Below the pieces are notes generated by a model. That model had not been told where the DNA came from and made no database searches. It worked only from the letters and a program-made list of their open reading frames with translations. From an uncultured Alphaproteobacteria bacterium (GTDB taxonomy: Bacteria; Pseudomonadota; Alphaproteobacteria; Rickettsiales; UBA1997): a DNA stretch of 64,000 bases. How positions within the stretch are numbered: position 1 is the stretch's first letter; each line of letters starts with the position of its first letter. The position numbers were made by a program, and so were the translations under genes. The stretch spans positions 8,641 through 72,640 of the forward strand of contig CAIZZE010000008.1 of the NCBI GenBank assembly GCA_903937405.1. Direction: 5' to 3'. Below are positions 51,656 to 60,720 of this stretch, in pieces.

Positions 51656-53083
51656 ATGCCTCTTGACGAACTACATGAAGAATGTGGAATTTTTGCAATT
51701 CACGGATCTCCCGACGCTGCCGTAAATACTGCACTTGGTTTGCATGCTTTACAACATCGCGGACAAGAAGCCGCAGGCATTGTTACTATGACGGGAGATC
51801 TTTATTCGGTGCATTTCGCCGATGGTTTAGTTGCGGATAACTTTACTTCACAAAAAGTTGTAAAAAAACTCGAAGGCACTTCAGCAATTGGTCACGTTCG
51901 CTATTCAACTGCCGGTAAAAAAACCGCCCGTAATTACCAACCAATTTACGCGCAGCTTTCCTGTGGCTTTATGGCTTTAGCTCATAATGGCAACCTTACA
52001 AACGCCGACACATTGCGTAAAAGATTAATTAATCGCGGTGCGATTTTTCAATCAACTATGGACACCGAAGTTATCATTCACCTAATTGCACTTAGCTTAA
52101 AGCCAACTCTTACTGAAAAAATAATTGATGCCACCTCGCAAATTGAAGGAGCATTTTCTTTGGTGATTATTCATGAAGGAAAAATCATCGCACTGCGCGA
52201 TCCTTACGGCGTGCGTCCTTTGGTTCTTGGAAAATTGGGCGACGCTTATGTTGTGGCTTCTGAAACCTGCGCTTTCGATATTATCGGCGCTAAATTTGAG
52301 CGCGATATTGGACATGGCGAAATGATTCTTATTGATGAAAATGGCGTAAAATCCTTAAAACCATTTCCAGAAAAACCATCAAAATTTTGTATTTTTGAAT
52401 ATGTTTATTTCGCACGTCCCGACAGTTCAATCGAAGGGAAAAATGTTTATGAAATGCGTAAAAATATTGGCATTGAATTAGCGCGTGAAATTAAAATTGA
52501 TGCCGATGTTATCGTTCCAATCCCTGATTCTGGTGTTCCGGCGGCAATTGGTTATGCGATGGAATCAAAAATTCCTTTCGAACTTGGAATTATCAGAAAC
52601 CATTATGTTGGTAGAACTTTTATTGAACCTACAGATAAAATCCGCCATTTTGGTGTTAAGTTAAAACACAATGCCAATTTGTCAGTGATTAAAGACAAAA
52701 GAGTGATATTAATTGATGATAGTATTGTGCGCGGAACTACTTCGAAAAAAATCGTGCAAATGATTCGTGATGCAGGAGCAAAAGAAGTTCACATGTTAAT
52801 CGCCAGCCCGCCAACAATTTCACCATGTTTTTATGGCGTTGATACGCCGGATAAAAAAGATTTGATCGCTTCAAGCTCTTCAATTGAGCAGATCAAAAAT
52901 ATAATTGGTGCAGATCATTTGGGTTATATTTCAATTGATGGGCTTTATCGCGCGATTGCTCAGACCAAGCGTGATAATGCTAATCCGCAATATTGCGATG
53001 CTTGTTTTAGCGATGATTATCCAATTCGTTTAACTGATAAAGAAGGAGCAGAGGCTCCGCTTTTGGATTATATGAAAAAATAA
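51656..53083 (+). CDS. purF: amidophosphoribosyltransferase
   Basis: ECGIFAI (N-terminal Cys nucleophile after propeptide), HRGQEAAGI, and DDSIVRGTT (PRPP motif). Confidence 0.97.
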   Translation: MPLDELHEECGIFAIHGSPDAAVNTALGLHALQHRGQEAAGIVTMTGDLYSVHFADGLVADNFTSQKVVKKLEGTSAIGHVRYSTAGKKTARNYQPIYAQLSCGFMALAHNGNLTNADTLRKRLINRGAIFQSTMDTEVIIHLIALSLKPTLTEKIIDATSQIEGAFSLVIIHEGKIIALRDPYGVRPLVLGKLGDAYVVASETCAFDIIGAKFERDIGHGEMILIDENGVKSLKPFPEKPSKFCIFEYVYFARPDSSIEGKNVYEMRKNIGIELAREIKIDADVIVPIPDSGVPAAIGYAMESKIPFELGIIRNHYVGRTFIEPTDKIRHFGVKLKHNANLSVIKDKRVILIDDSIVRGTTSKKIVQMIRDAGAKEVHMLIASPPTISPCFYGVDTPDKKDLIASSSSIEQIKNIIGADHLGYISIDGLYRAIAQTKRDNANPQYCDACFSDDYPIRLTDKEGAEAPLLDYMKK

Positions 53084-53090
53084 AATCTTT

Positions 53091-53309
53091 ATGACTGAAA
53101 AACCTATAAAACCTTTCGAGAAAAAAATCTCAAAAATGTCCTTTGAAGATGCGATGATGCGCCTTGAGGAAATCGTAGAAATTCTTTCTTCCCAAAAAAT
53201 AAATCTCGATTCAATGATCGAACTTCATGAAGAAGGAACTGCTCTCAAAGAGCATTGTACTAAAAGATTGGAAGAAGCGAAGATGAAAATTGAAACAATC
53301 AAAAATTAA
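53091..53309 (+). CDS. xseB: exodeoxyribonuclease VII small subunit
   Basis: 72 aa. SFEDAMMRLEEIVEIL...L..SIELHEEG..L...C is the XseB pattern. Confidence 0.85.
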   Translation: MTEKPIKPFEKKISKMSFEDAMMRLEEIVEILSSQKINLDSMIELHEEGTALKEHCTKRLEEAKMKIETIKN

Positions 53310-53402
53310 TTGCGCTCAATGAAGCAAATATCAATTGACCAATTAGTAAAATCGTTAAATTAATTTTTTTAAACCGCTAAATTCCTGCTATTGAAATTCG
53401 CA

Positions 53403-54005
53403 ATGAAACAAATCCCAAATTTCCTGACCTCATTTCGTCTTCTGGTAATTCCTATTCTCATCCTTTCCTTTTATATTCCGGGCATGGTTGCAAATGTGGT
53501 AGTTGCGGTGCTTTTTGCGATTGCGGCAATTACTGATTATTTTGATGGTTATTTTGCGCGCTCATTAAAAGCCCAATCTAATTTTGGAAGATGCCTTGAT
53601 CCAATCGCCGACAAGCTTCTGGTAATTGTTGCAATTGTGATGTTGATTAATTTTAGCAATCGCGATTTGTGGATTTTAATTCCGGGTTTGATCATTATTT
53701 GCCGCGAAGTTTTGGTTTCAGGATTGCGCGAATTTTTAGCTGAACTTCATGTCAGCGTTCCGGTGAGTAAATTAGCAAAATATAAAACTGCTGTTCAAAT
53801 GACGGCAATTACCGGTTTATTACTTGGTGAAAAAGGCTCGGCTTATACGCTATACTATTGGTTGAGCGGCTGGAGCGAAATGGACATCAAATTTTTATTG
53901 GTGAGTTTTGTAGTTTTTGCCTCAAAGATTCTTTTTACTTTGGCAGCAATTTTGACGGTTGTTACCGGTTATGCTTATTTTCGGGTTGGGTTTAAGAATA
54001 TGTAA
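53403..54005 (+). CDS. pgsA: CDP-diacylglycerol--glycerol-3-phosphate 3-phosphatidyltransferase
   Basis: IPNFLTSFRL and DYFDGYFAR...G..LDPIADK (CDP-alcohol phosphatidyltransferase motif). Confidence 0.9.
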   Translation: MKQIPNFLTSFRLLVIPILILSFYIPGMVANVVVAVLFAIAAITDYFDGYFARSLKAQSNFGRCLDPIADKLLVIVAIVMLINFSNRDLWILIPGLIIICREVLVSGLREFLAELHVSVPVSKLAKYKTAVQMTAITGLLLGEKGSAYTLYYWLSGWSEMDIKFLLVSFVVFASKILFTLAAILTVVTGYAYFRVGFKNM

Positions 54006-54017
54006 ATTCTTATGAGT

Positions 54018-54632
54018 TTAGTTATGTAATTTTCTTCTCTTAAAAAATATATAAACTGCCACAATCCCAACGCAAATCGCAGCGCATCCCAGCACAATTT
54101 CGTGCAGATTATCTTTAATCACTTCCTGATTTCCGCCGATAAAATATCCCAATCCAACCAAGACAATTGCCCAAATTGTTGAGCCTAAAGTTGTGTAGAA
54201 ATAAAAGGCTTTAATATCCATTCTGGCAATTCCGGCTGGAAGAGAAATGAAGTGGCGGAATCCGGGTAAAAGACGACCAATAAAAACGGAGATTGGTCCG
54301 TGATTTTTAAAGAATTTTTCTATTTTGATAATGGTTTTTGGTTTTACCAAAAAATATTTTCCAATGCGAAGTAGAATAGGGCGGCCAATCGCAGCGGCTA
54401 AATAATAACTAAAAATCGCACCCAAAACATTTCCCAAAACTCCTACCAAAACTAAAAGGTAAATATTTATGCTTCCTTGTTGCGCGGCAATTCCGGCGGG
54501 AATCATGATTAATTCGCTCGGAATCGGGATTAATGTGCTTTCGAGAAACATGCCGATGAAGATTCCGATATAACCGATTTGGCTGATAAAGTTTAGAAGA
54601 AAATGAATGGTGGAATCGAAAAGTGCGTGCAT
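54018..54632 (-). CDS. DedA family membrane protein
   Basis: FLESTLIPIPSE, GR.LPGFRHFISLPAGIARM DedA/SNARE-associated motifs. Confidence 0.85.
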   Translation of the reverse strand: MHALFDSTIHFLLNFISQIGYIGIFIGMFLESTLIPIPSELIMIPAGIAAQQGSINIYLLVLVGVLGNVLGAIFSYYLAAAIGRPILLRIGKYFLVKPKTIIKIEKFFKNHGPISVFIGRLLPGFRHFISLPAGIARMDIKAFYFYTTLGSTIWAIVLVGLGYFIGGNQEVIKDNLHEIVLGCAAICVGIVAVYIFFKRRKLHN

Positions 54633-54729
54633 TGATCTGATTTATATTTAATCAAATTCGACTTTCGTTGAATTTGGGTTTGTTTTGAATTGCTACGCGG
54701 CGAGTGAATCGCCGCATCAAGAACTTGTC

Positions 54730-55359
54730 CTAACTCTTCAATTGCTCCGCAACCAATTTCGACAAGTCATCCTTACTTTGTCTCGCAACTCTTTTAGCCT
54801 CAATAATTGAGCGGATTTTTTGGTAAGTGCTGTTCAAATCATCATTCACCAAAATAAAATCATATTCATCATAATGACTGATTTCATCGCGCGCTTTTTT
54901 CATGCGGCTTTGCACAATTTCTTCCGGATCTTGCGCTCGCGAACGCAATCTTCTTTCTAACTCTTGAATTGAAGGCGGTAGGATGAAAATTGAAACTACA
55001 GAATCTTTGTCAAATCTCTCTTTAATTTGTCGCGCGCCTTGCCAATCAATATCAAACAAAACGCAATGGCCGTTTTTTAATTCGCTATCAACCATTTTTC
55101 TTGGCGTGCCGTAATTATAATCGAACACTTCGGCATGCTCTAGAAATTCATCATTTTTTTTCATCGTCACAAATTCATCGGTATTAGTGAAAAAATAATG
55201 TTGGCCGTGAACTTCTTGAGGTCTTTGTTTTCTAGTAGTTGCAGAAACTGAAAGTCGGATTAGCGGATCATTTTGAATTGTCATGCGACAAAGAGTGGAT
55301 TTTCCGGCACCCGATGGAGATGAAATGATGATGAGGAAGGGATGGTGATTTATGAACAT
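54730..55359 (-). CDS. gmk: guanylate kinase
   Basis: SSPSGAGKSTL P-loop, SATTR, and DIDWQGA. Confidence 0.95.
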   Translation of the reverse strand: MFINHHPFLIIISSPSGAGKSTLCRMTIQNDPLIRLSVSATTRKQRPQEVHGQHYFFTNTDEFVTMKKNDEFLEHAEVFDYNYGTPRKMVDSELKNGHCVLFDIDWQGARQIKERFDKDSVVSIFILPPSIQELERRLRSRAQDPEEIVQSRMKKARDEISHYDEYDFILVNDDLNSTYQKIRSIIEAKRVARQSKDDLSKLVAEQLKS

Positions 55360-55363
55360 TTAG

Positions 55364-55443
55364 TGATTTAAGATTTAATGATTTAGGATTTAAGATTTAG
55401 GATGTTTGAGATAAATCCTAAATTCCCTTAAATCCTAAATTCT
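55364..55443. repeat. tandem GATTTAR heptamers followed by their inverted copy (long hairpin) between fabI and gmk
   Basis: TGATTTAAGATTTAATGATTTAGGATTTAAGATTTAGGAT ... ATCCTAAATTCCCTTAAATCCTAAAT. The two halves are near-perfect reverse complements. Confidence 0.7.
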
Positions 55444-55445
55444 TT

Positions 55446-56270
55446 CTATTCGCTTTCGCCTTCTCTAACAATGCTGATGTCTGGTGCATCCGGAGCTTTC
55501 ATACCAACCACGTGATAACCAGCGTCAACGTGTAAAGTTTCGCCGGTAACTCCATTCCCTAAATCAGAAAGAAGGAAAACGCCAGCGCCGCCAACATCTT
55601 GCAAAGATACGTTGCGACGAAGTGGAGAGTTATATTCATTCCATTTGAAGATTAGTCTGAAATCGCCAATTCCGCTTGCAGCCAAAGTTTTAACTGGGCC
55701 GGCAGAAATTGCGTTAACGCGGATATTATCTTTACCCATATCCATTGAAAGGTAACGAACTGAAGCTTCAAGAGCAGCTTTAGCAACACCCATTACGTTG
55801 TAATGAGGCATAACTTTTTCGGCACCGTAATAGCTCAAAGTGATAATACTTCCGCCACCAGCTTTTTTCATTAAAGGTTCAGCTTCTTTAGAAATTGCAA
55901 CTAATGAAAATGCGGAGATATTCATTGTGTTAGTAAAATTTGCCGGAGAAGTGTTTAAATATTTTCCACGTAATTCTTCTTTATCAGAATAAGCGATGGC
56001 ATGAACCAGAAAATCTAATTTTCCCCATCTTTTTTCAAGTTCAACAAAAACTGCTTTAACTGATTCAGGATCAGTAACGTCGCAAGGCAGAACAATATCT
56101 GATCCAACAGATGCAGCTAAAGGCTCAACGCGTTTTTGTAAAGCTTCACCTTGATAAGTGAAAGCAAGTTCAGCTCCATATTTTTTTGCTTCTTCCGCAA
56201 TGCCCCAAGCGATTGAACGGTTATTGGCAACGCCCATGATTAAACCTTTTTTCCCTGCTAGAATTGTCAT
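55446..56270 (-). CDS. fabI: enoyl-[acyl-carrier-protein] reductase (NADH)
   Basis: LAGKKGLIMGVANNRSIAWGIA, YxxxxxxK catalytic region (YNVMGVAKAALE), and SAGP.KTLA. Confidence 0.95.
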   Translation of the reverse strand: MTILAGKKGLIMGVANNRSIAWGIAEEAKKYGAELAFTYQGEALQKRVEPLAASVGSDIVLPCDVTDPESVKAVFVELEKRWGKLDFLVHAIAYSDKEELRGKYLNTSPANFTNTMNISAFSLVAISKEAEPLMKKAGGGSIITLSYYGAEKVMPHYNVMGVAKAALEASVRYLSMDMGKDNIRVNAISAGPVKTLAASGIGDFRLIFKWNEYNSPLRRNVSLQDVGGAGVFLLSDLGNGVTGETLHVDAGYHVVGMKAPDAPDISIVREGESE

Positions 56271-56292
56271 GTTTTTTGAAGTTTGTTGTTAA

Positions 56293-56904
56293 TTAGTTAT
56301 TTTCGTAGAGCCAAGGGGTAACTTGTCTATTACGAGTTTCGAAATTGGTAATTTGTGTTCCTTTTTGCAAGGTTAATCCGATATCGTCAAGTCCTTCGAT
56401 CAAGCAATGCTTTCTAAAAGGATCAACTTCAAATTTATAGATTTTATTTGCAGCGCGAACTTCCTGTTTGACTAAGTCAACAGTAACGCTGTTATTTTCA
56501 TCTTTTGCCAGTTCAAGTAAATCATCAACTTGATTGTGAGGCAAAATAATGGGTAAAATGCTGTTTTTAAAACAGTTGTTAAAAAAAATGTCAGCAAAAG
56601 ATGGCGCAATAATTGCGTGAATTCCAAAATCATTTAAAGCCCAAGGAGCATGTTCACGACTTGATCCGCAACCAAAATTATCGCGGGCGATCAAAATTTT
56701 TGCATTACGATAAGGCGTTTGATTCAAGATAAAATCAGGAATTTCTTTTTCATTTAAATCGTAACGCATTTCATGAAAAAGATTTTTACCAAGACCGGTT
56801 CTTTTAATAGTTTTCAAAAACTGTTTTGGAATGATCATATCAGTATCGATATTAATCAAAGCCATAGGCGCTGCAACTGATGTAATTGAGGTAAATTTTT
56901 CCAT
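56293..56904 (-). CDS. leuD: 3-isopropylmalate dehydratase small subunit
   Basis: [29 protein letters not shown] and IAPSFADIF. Confidence 0.93.
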   Translation of the reverse strand: MEKFTSITSVAAPMALINIDTDMIIPKQFLKTIKRTGLGKNLFHEMRYDLNEKEIPDFILNQTPYRNAKILIARDNFGCGSSREHAPWALNDFGIHAIIAPSFADIFFNNCFKNSILPIILPHNQVDDLLELAKDENNSVTVDLVKQEVRAANKIYKFEVDPFRKHCLIEGLDDIGLTLQKGTQITNFETRNRQVTPWLYENN

Positions 56905-56988
56905 TTGTTTGGATTGTTTATTCGATATGAGAAGAAGTGAAAATAAATCAGCAAAGCTCTAAAATACAAGTCTATTTTGTAGGACCAT

Positions 56989-57912
56989 TCAATAAGAAGC
57001 ATTCACATCAATTAAAATCTGCTTTTTCAGCTCTTCAATTGAGGAAAATTTTTTCTCATCGCGTATAAAATCTATAAATTCGACAAATATTTTTTTGCCA
57101 TAAAGATTTTCGCTAAAATTTAAAATATGAGTTTCAAATAGTGGTATAGAATCTCCGCTGATTGTTGGTTTGATTCCAAAATTAGTAATTGAGGGAAATT
57201 TTTTCCCTAAATGTGCAATAAAAGTTTCGGTTTTATAAACCCCGAATTTCAATTTCATCATATGCGGTTTAACCACTAAATTAGCGGTTGGAAATCCAAG
57301 TTGTGAAGCTAGTTTTCTGCCATTAGTTACAATTCCTGCAATCGTAAAATTTCGGCCTAAAAATTTATTAGCTTCGGTAATTTTCCCATCAGCAATTAGT
57401 TTGCGGATCAAACTTGAAGAACAAGTTTGATCATCAATTTTAACTGCTGAAATTTCACTTAAATCAAAACCAATTTTTTCTGATTTTTCTTCTAAAAGCT
57501 GAAAATTCCCTTGGCGATTTTTACCAAAAATAAAATCGTAACCAATTGTTAAATGCTTTACATTCAAGGTTTGAACAAGAATTTTTTCAATAAAATCATC
57601 AGCAGAAATAGCGGAAAATTTTTGGTTAAAAGGCAAAATAATTACAAAATCAATTTGCTGCTCTTTAAAAATTCTTAATTTTTGCGCCAGACTACCAATC
57701 CTGAAATCACGAGGTTTATCAGCTTTTAAAAAAGTGATCGGATGCGGTTCAAAAGTTAAAACTGCGGAAGATAATTTTTTTTCTTTGGCGATTTTTTTTA
57801 CTTCACTTAGAATTTGCAAATGCCCTAAATGCACGCCATCAAAATTGCCGATTGTAAGCGCAAGGTCGGGAAGTAAGGTTTTTATTTGATTTAGGTTTCG
57901 GATTATTTGCAT
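56989..57912 (-). CDS. ribF: bifunctional riboflavin kinase / FAD synthetase
   Basis: LTIGNFDGVHLGHLQIL (FMN adenylyltransferase) and C-terminal GFPTANL...PLFETHILNF...EFIDFIRDEKKF (riboflavin kinase). Confidence 0.93.
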   Translation of the reverse strand: MQIIRNLNQIKTLLPDLALTIGNFDGVHLGHLQILSEVKKIAKEKKLSSAVLTFEPHPITFLKADKPRDFRIGSLAQKLRIFKEQQIDFVIILPFNQKFSAISADDFIEKILVQTLNVKHLTIGYDFIFGKNRQGNFQLLEEKSEKIGFDLSEISAVKIDDQTCSSSLIRKLIADGKITEANKFLGRNFTIAGIVTNGRKLASQLGFPTANLVVKPHMMKLKFGVYKTETFIAHLGKKFPSITNFGIKPTISGDSIPLFETHILNFSENLYGKKIFVEFIDFIRDEKKFSSIEELKKQILIDVNASY

Positions 57913-57963
57913 TTAATTCAATTGTAGCTCGATTTACGATACATATAAAACATATTTAAACGA

Positions 57964-59667
57964 ATGAAATTTTTTTTGCGAATTTTTTTCTTGGTTTTTT
58001 TTCTTTCTCAAAAAACCTTCGCCGATGATCAATTTCGACACGGCATTTCAACATTTGGCGATTTAAAATATCCGAAAAATTTTACTCACTTTAATTACGT
58101 AAACGAAAACGCGCCCAAAGGCGGCAATGTTAAATTTGGTGCTGAAGGTGGATTTAATAACTTAAATCAATTCATTTTAAAAGGCATTGCGCCATCAGGA
58201 TTGGCTTATCTTTACGACAGTTTAATGGAAGGCAGCGATGATGAAATTTCAGCGCGTTATGGTTTAGTTGCAGAAAGTGTAAAATTGGCAAAAGATAAAA
58301 TGTCGATTCAATTTCGTTTAAGAAAAAATGCTCGTTTTCACGATGATGTTGCAATCACTGCTGATGATGTTGTTTTTACTTTTAATAAATTAATTTCTGA
58401 CGGTCATCCAACCTACAAAATGGCTTTTCGCGATGTAAAAGAAGTTAAAAAAATTAATGATTATGAAGTGAAATTTTACTTCAAAAATAACCATAATCGT
58501 GAGCTTCCGGTTTTGGTTTCAAGTTTGCCGGTTTTGCCGAAACATTATTACGAAAAAGTTGATTTTTCTAAAACAACTCTAACTCCGCCTTTAGGTTCTG
58601 GGCCTTACAAAGTGAAAGAAGTTCAAGCAAATCGTTCAATTGTTTTTGAGCGGGTAAAAAATTATTGGGCTAAAGATTTAGCCGTAAATCGTGGTCGTTA
58701 TAATTTTGATAAAATCACCTTTGATTTTTATCGCGATGTTAATGTTTTAGTCGAAGCTTTTAAGTCGCAAAAATATGATTTACGTCAGGAAAATGTGGCG
58801 CGCAATTGGGCTAATTCCTACAATATCGAAGCCATAAAAAATGGTGAAATAATCAAAAAAGAAATCACTCATCAATTGCCAGCGCCAATGCAAACTTTTG
58901 TGATGAATTTGCGTCGTGAAAAATTCCAAAATCTGGCTCTGCGTCAGGCTTTTACTTATGCTTTTGATTTTGAATGGCTGCGCGATCATATTTTTTACGG
59001 TGCTTACAAACGCACCGAAAGTTATTTCGCCAATTCTGATTTTGCTTTCAAAGATTTTCATTTACCAAAATCAAGCGGTGACGGATTTAACCGCGAAAAT
59101 TTACTGCAAGCTAAAAAAATTCTTGATGAAGCGGGATATAAAATTATTGATGGAATTTTGCGTGATCCCAAAACTAACGAAAAAATTTCAATCGAATTTT
59201 TAATCAACAGCGAATCTTTCGAAATGATCGTCGCTCCTTTTGTAAAAAATTTACGCAAACTTGGAATTGATGCAAAAATGCGTTTTGTTGAGGAAAATCA
59301 ATATCAAACGCGGGTTAATAATTTTGATTTTGATGTAATTGTGGCAGTTTTTGGCCAATCTTTAATTCCGGGCGATGAGCTTTTTTCTTATTTTCATTCT
59401 TCACAAAAAAACATAAAAGGCAGTCGAAATCTAGCAGGTTTGGATGATAAAATAATTGATGAATTGGTTGAGAAAATTACGCGCGCTAAAAACAAAGAAG
59501 AGTTAAAAAATCTTTGTCAGAAACTTGACCAAAGAATGCTTGAAAATTACTACACAACGCCACAATGGCACAACAATACTTACCGCATTTTATATCGCGA
59601 TATTTTCGACATGCCGGAAGTTTCGGCCAAATATTCTTTGGCGGTTGATTCGTGGTGGGTTAAGTGA
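57964..59667 (+). CDS. ABC transporter substrate-binding protein, family 5 (YejA/oligopeptide-like), orphan
   Basis: Signal peptide. FRLRKNARFHDDVAITADDVVFTF and GSGPYKV motifs of peptide/nickel SBPs. No permease or ATPase genes are adjacent. Confidence 0.8.
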   Translation: MKFFLRIFFLVFFLSQKTFADDQFRHGISTFGDLKYPKNFTHFNYVNENAPKGGNVKFGAEGGFNNLNQFILKGIAPSGLAYLYDSLMEGSDDEISARYGLVAESVKLAKDKMSIQFRLRKNARFHDDVAITADDVVFTFNKLISDGHPTYKMAFRDVKEVKKINDYEVKFYFKNNHNRELPVLVSSLPVLPKHYYEKVDFSKTTLTPPLGSGPYKVKEVQANRSIVFERVKNYWAKDLAVNRGRYNFDKITFDFYRDVNVLVEAFKSQKYDLRQENVARNWANSYNIEAIKNGEIIKKEITHQLPAPMQTFVMNLRREKFQNLALRQAFTYAFDFEWLRDHIFYGAYKRTESYFANSDFAFKDFHLPKSSGDGFNRENLLQAKKILDEAGYKIIDGILRDPKTNEKISIEFLINSESFEMIVAPFVKNLRKLGIDAKMRFVEENQYQTRVNNFDFDVIVAVFGQSLIPGDELFSYFHSSQKNIKGSRNLAGLDDKIIDELVEKITRAKNKEELKNLCQKLDQRMLENYYTTPQWHNNTYRILYRDIFDMPEVSAKYSLAVDSWWVK

Positions 59668-59710
59668 TTTTAGATCGAGCTAAAAGCAACAAACAACAAA
59701 CTATAAATTT

Positions 59711-60274
59711 ATGTTCATCCAAACCGAAGAAACCCCAAATCCGGCAACATTAAAATTTATTCCAGACGGTTTAATCGTTTTAGAATCTGGAACTGCTGAA
59801 TTTAAAAATCAAAAACAAGCGGCAACAAAATCTCCATTGGCTTTGCAGCTTTTAGAAATCACAGGAATTGAAGGCATTTTTTTTGGTCGGGATTTTATAA
59901 CTGTGACTAAATCTTCGGATTTACAATGGCCGCAATTAAAAGCAGAAATTCTGTCAACAATCATGGATTTTTACGTTTCAGGAAAGCCAATAATGTTTGA
60001 GCAAAAAGCTGCTGAAACTGGCGCAGTTGAAGAAGATGATGAAATCGTAAAACAAATTAAAGAATTAATCGAAGTTAAAGTGCGCCCAGCTGTAGCAATG
60101 GATGGCGGCGATATCATTTTTCATTCTTTTGAAGATGGAATTGTAAAATTGCAGTTAAAAGGTTCTTGCTCTGGTTGCCCGAGTTCAACAATTACTTTGA
60201 AAAACGGCATTGAAAATATGCTTAAGCATTACATTCCGGAAGTTGTTTCGGTAGAGCAGGTTGAGGACGATTAA
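59711..60274 (+). CDS. NifU family Fe-S cluster assembly protein (Nfu N-terminal domain + NifU C-terminal CxxC domain)
   Basis: MFIQTEETPNPATLKF (Nfu_N), VRPAVAMDGGDI and GSCSGCPSS. Confidence 0.85.
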   Translation: MFIQTEETPNPATLKFIPDGLIVLESGTAEFKNQKQAATKSPLALQLLEITGIEGIFFGRDFITVTKSSDLQWPQLKAEILSTIMDFYVSGKPIMFEQKAAETGAVEEDDEIVKQIKELIEVKVRPAVAMDGGDIIFHSFEDGIVKLQLKGSCSGCPSSTITLKNGIENMLKHYIPEVVSVEQVEDD

Positions 60275-60298
60275 TTTTTAAAAATTCTTCGAACCAAG

Positions 60299-60340
60299 AT
60301 TAAGAGTTCGTAATATGCATCCGTAGCTCAACTGGATAGG
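60299..60340 (+). pseudogene. duplicated upstream region + 5' 23 nt of tRNA-Arg (non-functional fragment)
   Basis: GATTAAGAGTTCGTAATATGCATCCGTAGCTCAACTGGATAG matches 60454-60495 (GATTAAGAGTTTATACTATGCATCCGTAGCTCAACTGGATAG) with 3 mismatches. It lacks the anticodon and T arms. Confidence 0.7.
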
Positions 60341-60472
60341 TTTTTTATGTTGAGCGAAGCTCATAAAACGCGATAGCGTTTTAAATAAAAAACGGGCAAA
60401 GGCTATGCCGCTTGCCCAGTCTCTTGATCGTCTTCGAACGAAGTGAGAAAAGCGATTAAGAGTTTATACTAT

Positions 60473-60549
60473 GCATCCGTAGCTCAACTGGATAGAGTGT
60501 TGCTTTCCGAAGGCAAAGGTTGTGGGTTCAAATCCCGCCGGGTGCACCA
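60473..60549 (+). tRNA. tRNA-Arg (anticodon CCG), CCA encoded
   Basis: GCATCCG TA GCTC AACTGGATA GAGT G TTGCT TTCCGAA GGCAA AGGTT GTGGG TTCAAAT CCCGC CGGGTGC ACCA gives a clean 77-nt cloverleaf. Confidence 0.93.
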
Positions 60550-60580
60550 AAGTTTTAAGTGAGATTGAGAGTTTTTTAAA

Positions 60581-60687
60581 CCCGAGTGGACCCCGTCGTA
60601 AAGACGGGGTGACACCGAGTTAGGATTTACGACGGGTGACACCAAGTAGAGATTGTCACCCCGTCTTTACGACGGGGTCCACTCGGG
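60581..60687. repeat. HP4 palindromic element (second copy)
   Basis: CCCGAGTGGACCCCGTCGTAAAGACGGGGTGACA ... TGTCACCCCGTCTTTACGACGGGGTCCACTCGGG, with an extra partial arm (TTACGACGGGTGACA) in the core. Confidence 0.9.
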
Positions 60688-60720
60688 TTTTAGTTACAGA
60701 TAAAAAATTTAAAATAAATA

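Noticed and set aside
60318-60340. Upstream tRNA-like 23-mer as a second functional tRNA gene
   Set aside because: Only the acceptor 5' strand and D-arm are present. No anticodon or T arm follows.
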